Origin: an uncultured Elusimicrobia bacterium
GTDB lineage: Bacteria > Elusimicrobiota > Elusimicrobia > 2-01-FULL-59-12
Direction of reading: 5' to 3'
NCBI GenBank assembly: GCA_963702895.1
Contig: OY969767.1
Coordinates: forward strand, 2,418,398-2,482,397
Length of the DNA stretch: 64,000 nt
The translations under genes were made by a program, and so were the position numbers. The stretch's first letter is position 1; the number at the start of each line of letters is the position of its first letter. The notes beneath the pieces are model-generated. The model saw nothing but the letters and a program-made list of their open reading frames with translations, did no database searches and had not been told where the DNA came from. This document shows, piece by piece, positions 39,433 to 48,949 of this stretch.

Positions 39433-41820
39433 ATGACCATCACACCGCATTTTCGCCACTACCTGAGCCTCTTTTTGATGGCGATGAGCATCATTGTCTG
39501 GGAAATTTTGCTCACGCGCATCTACAGTGTGGTACTGTTCTACCATTTTGCGTTTATGGCTGTTTCGATTGCGATGTTTGGGCTCTCTATGGGCGCCGCT
39601 TGCGTCGCCCTGCAAAAAGTGGATCGTTCTTCAGAGTCTCCCCTGTCCGACCGTATGCTGGCAGCGCTCGGCCTGCTCACAGGGGTTCTCATGGTGCTGG
39701 CGATCACGTTGCAGTTAAGCTTGCCCATCCCGCCCACACGCAATCCGTGGCAGCTCTTTGGGGTACTTTTCCGAACGTACGTGCTTTCATCGCTTCCGTT
39801 TTTCCCGGCAGGGGCTTTTATATGTCTATTGCTTACGCGCTCCAAGCAAGTGGGACGGCTCTATGCTGTGGATTTGATCGCCGCAGGGCTTGGATGCGCG
39901 CTGATCCCCGTTCTTCTTTCAGTCTTCGGAGGCCCTGGGGCCACCCTGGTGGCAGCAGCGCTGGCCGGCGGTTCTGCTCTTTGTTTTCTCCCAAGGAAAT
40001 CACGCGCGTCCAGGGTGGCATGGCTTTTGGTCGTAGGGCTCTTGCTGGGGGCCTTGATCAACCGATCAGCCCAAGTCCTGCGCGTGCGTTGGCGGCACAA
40101 CGGCCCGGTTCCTATCCCTTTATTTGAAAAATGGAACTCCTTTTCGCGCATTATGATCCAGCCGGGCGGGTCCAGCAATCTGAATTGGGGAGTTGAAGAG
40201 ACCTGGAGACGTCAACTGACGCCGGCTCCTCAACTTCAGCTTGAAATTGACTCCGGGGCCGGGACCGCCATCACGCATTTTGACGGGAGACTGGAACCTC
40301 TTCGTTTTTTACAGTACGACATCACGTCGTTTGCTCATTACTTGCGGCCCCAATCCAAAGTGCTCATCATCGGGCCGGGCGGCGGCCGCGATGTGTTGGC
40401 GGCCTTAAGCTTCAAACAGGTCTCCGTGCATGCCGTTGAAGTCAACCCCTCTATTCTATACGCCGTCAATGACGTCTTCGGTGATTTCACGGGCCGCTTG
40501 AACAAACGCCCCGACGTTCACTTCGTGGTTGATGAAGGCCGGAGCTACTTACATCACGAACAACAACCCTTTGACATCATCCAAGCCTCCCTTGTGGATA
40601 CGGTGGCGGCCACGGCCTCTGGCGCCTATTCCTTTGTCGAAAACGGCCTCTACACCGTTGAAGCATGGCGGCTTTTTCTCCATCGGCTCACGCCGCGGGG
40701 CCTTCTGTCCTTTTCACGTTGGTATTTTGGGTCCACGACTTGGCCCGTGGAAGTGTGCCGCACGGTAGCGCTCGCCGCTGAAGCCCTCCGCCAGGAAAGC
40801 AAAAGACCTCAAGACCACATTCTGGTCATCCGCAACAGCAATTTGCGGCCGCCGAAAGAAGGCATCGCGACGGTCCTGGTCTCACGTGAACCCTTTTCAT
40901 CTTCGGACTGGGCCAAAGCTTTTGAAACATGCCGGCGGCTCCATTGCGAAATCGCTCTGGCCAAGGGACAAGGGGAACCTCTGCTCGCGTCCATCGTCGG
41001 GACCACCAACCCGCGCGCGCTGTACGCCGAACTTCCCTTGGACATCTCACCGCCCTCGGACAACAAACCTTATTTCTTTTTCCATGCAAGACTGCGGGAT
41101 ATTCTTCGGTTTCGTCAGAGCCCGCAATTCGGGGCCTCAGGCTTCAACTTGCCCGCCGTCCGCATTCTGGTCGAGTTAAGTTTGATTACGCTTGCTCTGT
41201 CCGCCCTCATGGTGGTTTGGCCCTACCGCATCCTAAGTCGCAGAACGTCTTGGGCGCCCGTGCCTGCTCGACGGTCTGTTGGGATGCCTTTCTATTTTGG
41301 ACTGATCGGTCTTGCTTTTATGTTCCTTGAAATTGGGTGGATGCAGCGCTTCAGCCTTTTCCTTGGTCACCCAACCTATGGGTTCACTGTGATATTGCTG
41401 GGACTTCTCGTCATGAGCGGTCTCGGGAGTTGGTGGGTCACTTCTACGAAGCTTTTGAGCGACCAATCGCGTCGGTGGATTCCATTGCTCCTCATTCCAC
41501 TTCTGCTCATCTCCAATAGGGTGGTCCAGATATTTTTGCCACAGTGGATGGGATCTCCCCTGGAGGTCCGCATTCTAATTACGCTGCTTTCGATCAGTCC
41601 TCCGGCGATCGTGATGGGCATGTTTTTCCCCCTGGCCATGGCGCCTGCTCAGCGCTGGATGGCGGACCGGGTAGGATGGCTATGGGCCATCAACGGCGCC
41701 CTGTCGGTGACAGGCTCCGTGCTCGCGATGGTTTGTTCGTTGGCGTTCGGCATCAGCGGGACTCTAATGCTGGGAACGGGCGCTTATTTCTTGGCTGCGA
41801 TCCTGCTTTTACTCCTCTAA
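39433..41820 (+). CDS. Membrane protein with central spermidine-synthase-like (SAM-dependent) domain flanked by transmembrane regions
   Basis: Multiple N- and C-terminal hydrophobic helices. Central VLIIGPGGGRDVLAALSFKQVSVHAVEVNPSILYAVNDVF ... FDIIQASL resembles the spermidine/spermine synthase fold. Confidence 0.7.
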   Translation: MTITPHFRHYLSLFLMAMSIIVWEILLTRIYSVVLFYHFAFMAVSIAMFGLSMGAACVALQKVDRSSESPLSDRMLAALGLLTGVLMVLAITLQLSLPIPPTRNPWQLFGVLFRTYVLSSLPFFPAGAFICLLLTRSKQVGRLYAVDLIAAGLGCALIPVLLSVFGGPGATLVAAALAGGSALCFLPRKSRASRVAWLLVVGLLLGALINRSAQVLRVRWRHNGPVPIPLFEKWNSFSRIMIQPGGSSNLNWGVEETWRRQLTPAPQLQLEIDSGAGTAITHFDGRLEPLRFLQYDITSFAHYLRPQSKVLIIGPGGGRDVLAALSFKQVSVHAVEVNPSILYAVNDVFGDFTGRLNKRPDVHFVVDEGRSYLHHEQQPFDIIQASLVDTVAATASGAYSFVENGLYTVEAWRLFLHRLTPRGLLSFSRWYFGSTTWPVEVCRTVALAAEALRQESKRPQDHILVIRNSNLRPPKEGIATVLVSREPFSSSDWAKAFETCRRLHCEIALAKGQGEPLLASIVGTTNPRALYAELPLDISPPSDNKPYFFFHARLRDILRFRQSPQFGASGFNLPAVRILVELSLITLALSALMVVWPYRILSRRTSWAPVPARRSVGMPFYFGLIGLAFMFLEIGWMQRFSLFLGHPTYGFTVILLGLLVMSGLGSWWVTSTKLLSDQSRRWIPLLLIPLLLISNRVVQIFLPQWMGSPLEVRILITLLSISPPAIVMGMFFPLAMAPAQRWMADRVGWLWAINGALSVTGSVLAMVCSLAFGISGTLMLGTGAYFLAAILLLLL

Positions 41821-44147
41821 GCCAATAATCCCCACGTGTGAAGGAGGTCCCCTTCATGCCGCCACCGGAACCCGATGTCGGTGCGGTAGAACATGTTGGG
41901 GATGATGATGGTTTTGACGCGGGAGTAGGCCTCGCGGTGGGCTTCTTCCATGGTGGACCCGGAACCGGTGATCACGAGCGCATACCCGTCGCGTCCCGTG
42001 ATCTTCCAGTCGCCGTCTTCGAGTTTGACGTCGCCAAGATGGATCCCGTCCATCCCAGGCTTGGTGAATATCACGACCGCGTCCTCGGAAAACTTGCGGA
42101 ACGTATCCAAGTCGGCAAAGGGCCAAGGAGGAAGCGCGATGACCACCCCCACCTGAAATCCTTTTTGTGTTTTGAGGTTATAGGGCTTTTTGTTAGCAAG
42201 CGCGTAGAGAAATTCTCCCCACGGGCTCTGGATGCCCTCCATTTGGATGCTGACCGTCGGGTAGCCAAAACGTGGGGTGATCTCCAAGGGGTAGACGTTG
42301 CGGGCCGTGGCGATGCAATTGATATCAAAATAACCCACGTAGCCTGCTTCTTTGAGGCGCGGCACCATTTTCTCGATCGTTTCGCGGTAGAGCCGGCTGG
42401 GTCCCGTCCAAAACATCGAGGTATTTCCACACCACAAAGGCTTTCCATTTCTCCTAACATAGAGCGTGTGATAAGGAACTGTGACACAGTAGACACGCCC
42501 TTTGTAATCAACCACGGTCGTATCTCTGCGGTCAAGCCACGCGTTTGTCTTTTGGATCCTTTCGATCACTTCGTAGCAGGGATGGACCTTTTGAAAGACT
42601 CTCGTTCCGATCTTGCCTCCACGACGTAAGCGCCGTTTGACGATTCCGACACGACCCATCTTGAGAAGCAGTTCTTGGACGTCGTCCGCTAATCGAGGAG
42701 AAGAGGTGTAGTAAATTCGAAAACCGGTGCGCTGTTTATTCCCGTCCCCTAAACACATATGGTCGAAGAGAATCGCTAATTGGCGAGGGGATTGCTCCTT
42801 GTATTCCGAGGGAATATATTTCGTGAGCGCGTGACCGAAAGGCTTAAGATACGCCCACAAGCGCTTGTCGTAGCATTTCCAGCCTCCTTTCACCTTTCTA
42901 AAACGGAATGGCAACCTTTCAATCGTCTCTTGAACGGCACGCGCCTTCCGGGCATTCACTTGAGAGATGCCGACCTGATAAGATTTCTCGGAAGTCCAGC
43001 CTTCCGCGAGCCAGAGCCCAAGGAATGCCAGCCAATGGTCCATCGCCATGAGCAAGGGCTGGAACTTGTCCCTGCTTAGGCCATGCCCAGAACGTCCTCT
43101 TAATGCAGGCAACGAAAACACGGCTTCTTCCTTGCCTTTCCAACAACCCGAGCGCGGCACCACAAATTGGTGGGGAAGATTTTTCGCTTTCACAAAGGTC
43201 CACTGTTTTTTCTTGCGATATCGCGTGGCTTCCTGGCCGAACATCTGGTGGTCGAGCGTCACAAGCAGATCGGTTGCTCGATTGCGAATACGGACCATTT
43301 TCTTGTGATGATCGAACTGAACAACAGCGGATGGTCTATGATATTCGATCTCATCGGACTCGGGGTTCACACTGGCAAAGCGATCCTCCAGAGAAACATC
43401 CCGAAATCTTTTCCAACCGCCCTGCGTAAGCACTTCCGTCTCCTCGTCATAACAGCCCATCTCTCCTGTAGAGGGGCCGATTTCACCGGCAAAGAGTTTC
43501 TTGTGCTCGAAGTTGATGCAGACGGGCATGATGAACTCTTGTCCATTGAAGAAACCACCGACCGCAACTTCAATACCTGAGACAAACTTTTGGATTTGCA
43601 GACGGCGCACTTTGGATCCCCAGCCGACTTTGTACCGGTCTAAAATCGCGACGACGTCTTTCCCGTCTTCTTCATGACCCACGAAAGAAAGGACTTTGTC
43701 GTTTTGCGCTTTGCCGGAGGGTTTCACCACGTAGCGGGCAGGATTTTTTATAACAAACTTGGTCGCTTCATCGAAGGAATCGAATTCCCAGGAGTCCGGG
43801 ATCGTGAGGCCCACGGCCTTCATCTCCTGAGCTCCGAAGTCGCGGTCAAGCTCCAAGCGATCTGAATAAGAAGATCCTCCGACCACGGGCTTGCCTTCTT
43901 TGCGCAGACGGTCCGCGATCGTCCCGAACGCGGCATCATCGATGATGATGAGGTCCGCCCAGTCTTTATGCGATTCCCATTCGTCCACTTTATCGAGAAA
44001 TCCATCATAGAGCACACGGTCGGCTTTGGACTGCACGAACCATTTGACGTTGTAGCCTTCGAGTTTGAGACGGTAAGCGAGGTCGCCCGCACAGGCCTCA
44101 AAGGAGAGGAAGAGAATATTTTTCGGTTTTCCGTTGCCGTTTGCCAT
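41817..44147 (-). CDS. Divergent PurD-like ATP-grasp ligase interrupted by an intein
   Basis: Extein matches the PurD family core (FEHKKLFAGEIGPSTGEMG; PLEITPRFGYP; C-terminal FYRTDIG) but lacks the canonical PurD N-terminal GGREHA motif. A 344-aa insertion sits between GEMG and TSMFW. Coordinates are from the ORF track; my hand reading of the printed sequence around 43440 and 44100 did not reproduce this frame exactly. Confidence 0.7.
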   Translation of the reverse strand: MANGNGKPKNILFLSFEACAGDLAYRLKLEGYNVKWFVQSKADRVLYDGFLDKVDEWESHKDWADLIIIDDAAFGTIADRLRKEGKPVVGGSSYSDRLELDRDFGAQEMKAVGLTIPDSWEFDSFDEATKFVIKNPARYVVKPSGKAQNDKVLSFVGHEEDGKDVVAILDRYKVGWGSKVRRLQIQKFVSGIEVAVGGFFNGQEFIMPVCINFEHKKLFAGEIGPSTGEMGCYDEETEVLTQGGWKRFRDVSLEDRFASVNPESDEIEYHRPSAVVQFDHHKKMVRIRNRATDLLVTLDHQMFGQEATRYRKKKQWTFVKAKNLPHQFVVPRSGCWKGKEEAVFSLPALRGRSGHGLSRDKFQPLLMAMDHWLAFLGLWLAEGWTSEKSYQVGISQVNARKARAVQETIERLPFRFRKVKGGWKCYDKRLWAYLKPFGHALTKYIPSEYKEQSPRQLAILFDHMCLGDGNKQRTGFRIYYTSSPRLADDVQELLLKMGRVGIVKRRLRRGGKIGTRVFQKVHPCYEVIERIQKTNAWLDRRDTTVVDYKGRVYCVTVPYHTLYVRRNGKPLWCGNTSMFWTGPSRLYRETIEKMVPRLKEAGYVGYFDINCIATARNVYPLEITPRFGYPTVSIQMEGIQSPWGEFLYALANKKPYNLKTQKGFQVGVVIALPPWPFADLDTFRKFSEDAVVIFTKPGMDGIHLGDVKLEDGDWKITGRDGYALVITGSGSTMEEAHREAYSRVKTIIIPNMFYRTDIGFRWRHEGDLLHTWGLLA
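42423..43454 (-). other. Putative intein with LAGLIDADG-like motifs inside the PurD-like gene (about 344 aa; boundaries approximate)
   Basis: Insertion begins with Cys (CYDEETEVLTQGG) right after the conserved GEMG loop and ends ...KPLWCGN followed by Thr+1. Internal motifs LGLWLAEGW and LFDHMCLGDGNK. The penultimate residue is Gly rather than the usual His. Confidence 0.6.
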
Positions 44148-44384
44148 GTTCCTCTATATGTATGGAATAAAACTTAAGAAATTGCCACTTATTTTTCTGT
44201 CCGGAGTCCTTTTTCATAAGACACTCGAAGCGTGTCTCAAGGAACATGAGGCGCAGCGCGTCTTTCATCGGTGATGCATCGTGATCGATCTGACCGTTTT
44301 TTTAAGAATGATCCGTCGTGCTTGCTCGGCACCCAGACGAGACGTGGACATTATTCTATTCGATAGGATGCTAAAATACTGAAT

Positions 44385-45206
44385 ATGAGACGGCGAGCTT
44401 GGCTTTCCTTGCTTCTTTTGGGGTTCTGTGTGTTCAATTTGGCTCCGGGGTCAGAGGCCCGCGTGAAGATTTCGAAGCTTGCTGAGAAATTGGTTTACGG
44501 CGACCAGCCCACGAGGCTCGCCGGGATTGAAGAGTTCAACAAGCTGCCCGCGGAAGCCCAGCAAAAACTGGTACCTGATTTTATGGTCGCCATGAGCGAT
44601 GAAGATCCAGAGGCCCGCAAAATCGCCTCTCGCATCTTGAAAGCGATGGGTGTCCAAGCGGAAGCCCAGGTCCCAGACGCGAAAAAGGAGATCGCCTCAG
44701 AGAAGTCCAAGACCAAGCCCATCGACAAGTGGGAAGAAGAGAAACGCTTAAAACAGGAGGCGAGTCAGGATAAGTGGGCTGATTTAAGAAGCATGCGCTC
44801 GGAAGAGCAGGGGGGCTACGCCTCCATGAAGCAACAACTCGAAAGCGAAAAGAAGGGCCAGGTGTGGATCGATCCCTCCCAGCTCACCACCGAGGCCTTG
44901 GACAAGACCTCGCCTCTCGGTTCTGTGACCGAGGCTTTGCGTGACTCGGATCCGTGGGTGAGAGCACAGGCCGCGCGGCGCCTCGGCACGATCCGGCCCG
45001 CGCCCGTGGAAGCCATCCCCGACCTCATCGCGATGCTGGGTGAGAACATCCCGGAGTCGCGCCGCGCGGCGGCCGCTGCGCTCGGTTCCTTTGGGCCCCT
45101 GGCGGAAAAAGCGCTTCCTGCCCTCACAACGGCCCTCTCCGACCCTGACCCCGCCACGCGGCAGATCGCGCAAGAGGCGATTAAGCAGATTCAAATGCAC
45201 CCGTGA
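44385..45206 (+). CDS. Secreted HEAT-repeat protein
   Basis: Signal peptide; C-terminal HEAT-like repeats (DSDPWVRAQAARRLGTI; ESRRAAAAALGSFG; DPATRQIAQEAIKQI). Confidence 0.6.
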   Translation: MRRRAWLSLLLLGFCVFNLAPGSEARVKISKLAEKLVYGDQPTRLAGIEEFNKLPAEAQQKLVPDFMVAMSDEDPEARKIASRILKAMGVQAEAQVPDAKKEIASEKSKTKPIDKWEEEKRLKQEASQDKWADLRSMRSEEQGGYASMKQQLESEKKGQVWIDPSQLTTEALDKTSPLGSVTEALRDSDPWVRAQAARRLGTIRPAPVEAIPDLIAMLGENIPESRRAAAAALGSFGPLAEKALPALTTALSDPDPATRQIAQEAIKQIQMHP

Positions 45207-48200
45207 CCCGAGACGATTTCAACAAACTCCTTCGCGAACAGGTTCTCGTCTTCGACGGGGCTACAGGCACCAACCTTCAGCTCCACAATCCCACCCTGGA
45301 CGACTATGCCGGCATGGAAGGCTGCACCGAAATTCTTCTTGAAACACATCCGGAATGGATCGAGGAGCTTCACGCCTCCTTCTTTAAAGCGGGATGCCAG
45401 GTCGTGGAGACCAATTCTTTTGGGGCGAATCGTATCGTTTTCACCGAATACGGTCTTGAGGACCGGGTTCATGAGTTTAATGTCAAAGCGGCCCAGCTTG
45501 CTCGGAAAGTCGCCCATGCCTTCAGCGCCCAAGACAAACCCCGTTTTGTCGCGGGCTCCATGGGTCCTGGCACGAAGCTTCCTTCTCTTGGACACACCAC
45601 TTTCGACACACTGCGCCATAACTACCAGGAACAAGCTGAAGGTCTGATCGACGGGGGCGTGGACATCCTCCTGATCGAAACCTGCCAGGATATCCTACAG
45701 GCCAAAGCCGCCACGGTGGGCGTTCTGGACGCTCTTTCCCGCAAGAAGAAGGACCTCCCGATCATGGTGCAGGTCACCGTGGAGTCCACGGGGACTTTGC
45801 TCTTGGGGACCGAAATGGCGGCGGTCATCTCCGCTTTGGAGCCCTATCCCATCGCTTCCCTCGGCATGAACTGTGCGACGGGCCCCCAGGAGATGTCGGA
45901 ACACGTGCGGATCCTGTCCCAGCAGTGGGCCCGGCCTATTTCTGTTCTTCCCAACGCGGGTTTACCCGAAAACGTGGGCGGACGAGCAGTCTATCGGCTC
46001 ACTCCTCAGGAGCTGGCCGAGCATCTGAAAGATTTCGTCACCCGGTTCGGGATCAATATCGTAGGCGGCTGCTGTGGGACCACGCCCGCGCATCTGGCTG
46101 AAGTCGTGAAAGTCATGGAGAAGATCAAGCCTGTTCCGAGAAGCCTCTCAAGCACCCCGGCTTGTTCAAGCCTCTACCTTCAAGTGCCCTTCAAGCAGGA
46201 GCCGAGGCCTCTTATCATCGGTGAACGCACGAATGCCAACGGCTCCAAGAAATTTCGTGAGCTGCTCGCCAAGGATGACTTTGATGCGATCGCCGCCATG
46301 GGAAAAGAAGAGGTGAACGAGGGCGCTCACATGATCGACCTCTGCACAGCTTTTGTGGGCCGGGACGAGGTCCGTGACATGAAGGAATGTGTGAGCCGCA
46401 TGGCGCTCCAGGTGCGCCTGCCGCTCATGATTGACTCCACCGAGGCCCCCGTGATTGAAGAAGCTCTTAAACGTGCGGGCGGACGCTGTGTCATCAATTC
46501 CATCAACCTGGAAGATGGCGAAGAAAGAATGAAGGCGGTCTGCCCTCTGGCCAAGACTTATGGCGCAGCCCTGGTGGCGCTCACAATCGACGAGCAAGGC
46601 ATGGCCAAAACCCGGCAAAAGAAGCTCGCCATCGCCAAGCGCATTCACGATCTGGCCATCAAGCGCTTCGGTCTGCGACCGGAAGATTTGCTGTTCGACG
46701 CTTTGACGTTTACGCTCGGTTCGGGTGACGAGGATTTTCGCAAGGCAGGTCTCGAGACCATCGAGGCCATCCGCCTGATCAAAAAGGAGCTCCCCGGAGT
46801 CTTCACCGTACTGGGCGTTTCCAATATCTCGTTTGGTCTGGCACCCCAGATCCGCCAGGTGTTGAACTCGGTGTTTCTCCATTACGCCATTGAAGCCGGT
46901 CTCGACGCTGCCATTGTCCACGCACGCAAGATCCTGCCCCTCTACAAAATCGATGAGAAAGGACGGGAGCTCGCTCGTAAATTGATTTTTGATGATCGCA
47001 CACCCCTCTCGTCATCCCCCGCGGGTGTCAGCGGGGGATCCATCATGATGGACCCCGGGTCTCCAAACAACAGGCGACCCGGCCCGCCGGACGTGTGGAG
47101 GGCCGGCTTACAATCCGCCGGGGTGACGGCTTCTTTTGATCCTCTGACCGCGCTCATGGCGCACTATGCCGAAACCTCAGAGATCTCTGCGAAAGCGAAT
47201 AAGGAAGAACCCAAGACCATCGAAGAGCATCTCAAGGTCCGTATCATCGACGGGAATAAACAGGGCCTGGAGGGACTGCTCGATGAGGCGATGAAGAAGT
47301 GGGGTCCGCTCGAGATCATCAACACCATACTGCTTGACGGGATGCGGGTGGTGGGCGATTTGTTTGGTTCGGGCCAGATGCAGCTCCCCTTCGTTCTTCA
47401 GTCCGCGGAAACCATGAAAGTGGCGGTGCGTCATCTGGAGCCCTTCATGCCTAAGGCGGACGCTGGTGTTCATAAAGGGAAGCTCGTCCTTGCGACCGTC
47501 AAAGGGGACGTTCACGACATCGGGAAGAACCTCGTCGATATCATCCTCACGAACAACGGCTACAAGGTTTTCAATTTGGGCATCAAGATGTCGATCGATG
47601 AGATCCTCAAGGCTGCCGCGGAAAAGAAGGCCGATGCGATCGGGATGTCAGGCTTGCTCGTCAAATCGACGGCGGTCATGAAGGAAAACTTAGAGGAGAT
47701 GAATAAACGAGGCGTGCAAACGCCGGTCCTTTTGGGTGGGGCGGCTCTCACGCGCCGATTTGTGGAAGAAGATCTCCGGCAGCTCTACAAGGGCTATGTC
47801 TATTATGGGGTGGACGCTTTTGCGGGGCTTCGCATCATGGACGAGCTGACCAACCCTTCCAGAGAAAAGAAGTTGACCCTCTATGAGACGCGTGGCGGTT
47901 CGGGCCAAACCTTGAAAGCGGGAGACTTGCCCTCACCCCACCCCTCTCCCGCCTTCGGCGGGAGAGGGCGGTCGCCAGACGCCTGGCGACCGGGTGAGGG
48001 CACGCTCTATATCCCTCTATCCCCCTCTCCTTCTATTCCTCATCCGCCGTTCTGGGGCAGCCGGGTCGCGCGAGGAATCGCTTTAAAGGATGTCTTCCCC
48101 TATATCAACGAAACGGCCCTCCTCAAAGTGCGCTGGGGCTTTTCCAGGGGGCAAACAAGCGCCGAAGATTACGCGCAACTCCTTAAGGAAACCGTTGGGC

Positions 48201-48904
48201 CGCTCTTTCAGAAGTGGAAAAACTACTGCCTTAAGGAGCAGATACTGGTCCCGCAAGTGGTTTACGGTTATTTCCCTTGCCTGTCTGAAGGAGATGATGT
48301 GGTGGTGTATAGGCCGGAAGATTTGAAAAAGGAATGGGTGCGCTTTAAATTCCCGCGACAAAACACGACTCCGATGCGATGTATCAGTGACTTCTTTCTC
48401 CAAAAGCCGTCATCCCGGCATGCTGTAAGCCGGGATCCATCAGACGTGATGGATCCCCCGCTAAAGTCCGCGGGGGATGACAGAAAGAATTTTGACGTAT
48501 TAGGTTGCTTTGTCGTGACGGTCGGAACCCAGGCAAGCAACAAAGCGCATGCCCTCTTCAAGGAGAACTCCTACAGCGATTATCTCTACCTGCACGGGCT
48601 AAGCGTGGAAACGGCCGAAGCCTTAGCCGAGCACTGGCACCGCCGCATGCGTGAGGAGCTGAACATCCACCAGGAAGATCACCCGGAGGTGCGTGAATGG
48701 TTTCACCAGAAGTACCATGGCGGTCGCTACTCTTTTGGGTATCCCGCCTGCCCCAACCTGGAAGATCAAGCAAAGCTTTTTGAACTGCTGGATCCCCAAC
48801 GCATTGGCGTAGCGCTCTCCGAAGCGTTTCAGTTAGACCCTGAGCAAAGCACCTCCGCCATCGTCCTGCACCACCCCGAAGCCAAATACTTTAACGTCCA
48901 GTAA
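45203..48904 (+). CDS. metH: Cobalamin-dependent methionine synthase (Hcy-binding, pterin-binding, B12-binding and AdoMet-activation domains) carrying three in-frame palindromic insertions
   Basis: Single 1233-aa ORF with Hcy-domain start (VLVFDGATGTNLQ), GCCGTTPAHL, B12-binding region and C-terminal activation domain. Start overlaps the upstream stop. Confidence 0.9.
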   Translation: MTRDDFNKLLREQVLVFDGATGTNLQLHNPTLDDYAGMEGCTEILLETHPEWIEELHASFFKAGCQVVETNSFGANRIVFTEYGLEDRVHEFNVKAAQLARKVAHAFSAQDKPRFVAGSMGPGTKLPSLGHTTFDTLRHNYQEQAEGLIDGGVDILLIETCQDILQAKAATVGVLDALSRKKKDLPIMVQVTVESTGTLLLGTEMAAVISALEPYPIASLGMNCATGPQEMSEHVRILSQQWARPISVLPNAGLPENVGGRAVYRLTPQELAEHLKDFVTRFGINIVGGCCGTTPAHLAEVVKVMEKIKPVPRSLSSTPACSSLYLQVPFKQEPRPLIIGERTNANGSKKFRELLAKDDFDAIAAMGKEEVNEGAHMIDLCTAFVGRDEVRDMKECVSRMALQVRLPLMIDSTEAPVIEEALKRAGGRCVINSINLEDGEERMKAVCPLAKTYGAALVALTIDEQGMAKTRQKKLAIAKRIHDLAIKRFGLRPEDLLFDALTFTLGSGDEDFRKAGLETIEAIRLIKKELPGVFTVLGVSNISFGLAPQIRQVLNSVFLHYAIEAGLDAAIVHARKILPLYKIDEKGRELARKLIFDDRTPLSSSPAGVSGGSIMMDPGSPNNRRPGPPDVWRAGLQSAGVTASFDPLTALMAHYAETSEISAKANKEEPKTIEEHLKVRIIDGNKQGLEGLLDEAMKKWGPLEIINTILLDGMRVVGDLFGSGQMQLPFVLQSAETMKVAVRHLEPFMPKADAGVHKGKLVLATVKGDVHDIGKNLVDIILTNNGYKVFNLGIKMSIDEILKAAAEKKADAIGMSGLLVKSTAVMKENLEEMNKRGVQTPVLLGGAALTRRFVEEDLRQLYKGYVYYGVDAFAGLRIMDELTNPSREKKLTLYETRGGSGQTLKAGDLPSPHPSPAFGGRGRSPDAWRPGEGTLYIPLSPSPSIPHPPFWGSRVARGIALKDVFPYINETALLKVRWGFSRGQTSAEDYAQLLKETVGPLFQKWKNYCLKEQILVPQVVYGYFPCLSEGDDVVVYRPEDLKKEWVRFKFPRQNTTPMRCISDFFLQKPSSRHAVSRDPSDVMDPPLKSAGDDRKNFDVLGCFVVTVGTQASNKAHALFKENSYSDYLYLHGLSVETAEALAEHWHRRMREELNIHQEDHPEVREWFHQKYHGGRYSFGYPACPNLEDQAKLFELLDPQRIGVALSEAFQLDPEQSTSAIVLHHPEAKYFNVQ
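47011..47127. repeat. Palindromic element pair lying in frame inside metH
   Basis: GTCATCCCCCGCGGG-TGTCA-GCGGGGGATCCATCATGATGGACCCCGGG ... GGCTTACAATCCGCCGGGGTGACGG. Encodes SSSPAGVSGGSIMMDPGSPNNRRPGPPDVWRAGLQSAGVTA. Confidence 0.6.
47930..48000. repeat. Nested palindrome (CCCTCACC ... GGGTGAGGG family) lying in frame inside metH
   Basis: CCCTCACCCCACCCCTCTCCCGCC-TTCG-GGCGGGAGAGGGCGGTCGCCAG-ACGC-CTGGCGACCGGGTGAGGG: an outer stem enclosing two hairpins, followed by a CT-rich tract. Encodes PSPHPSPAFGGRGRSPDAWRPGEG. Confidence 0.6.
48409..48482. repeat. Two opposed palindromic units lying in frame inside metH
   Basis: GTCATCCCGGC-ATGCTGTAA-GCCGGGATCCATCAGACGTGATGGATCCCCCGC-TAAAGTCC-GCGGGGGATGACAG. 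Confidence 0.6.
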
Positions 48905-48908
48905 CGTC

Positions 48909-48940
48909 GTCATCCCGGCTTACGTCCTGCCGGGGTGACG
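48909..48940. repeat. Palindromic hairpin immediately after the metH stop, between convergent genes
   Basis: GTCATCCCGGC-TTACGTCCT-GCCGGGGTGACG followed by TTAAAAAATC. May act as a bidirectional terminator or mRNA 3'-end stabiliser. Confidence 0.45.
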
Positions 48941-48949
48941 TTAAAAAAT

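Noticed and set aside
43820-44101. 93-aa ORF nested in the PurD-like gene
   Set aside because: Same strand but a different frame from the PurD-like ORF, starts at TTG, no motif support; likely spurious.
45203-48904. Inteins inside metH
   Set aside because: The three insertions are short, lack Cys/Ser/Thr start and terminal Asn junctions and any Hint-domain blocks, and are palindromic at the DNA level; they are repeat-element insertions, not inteins.
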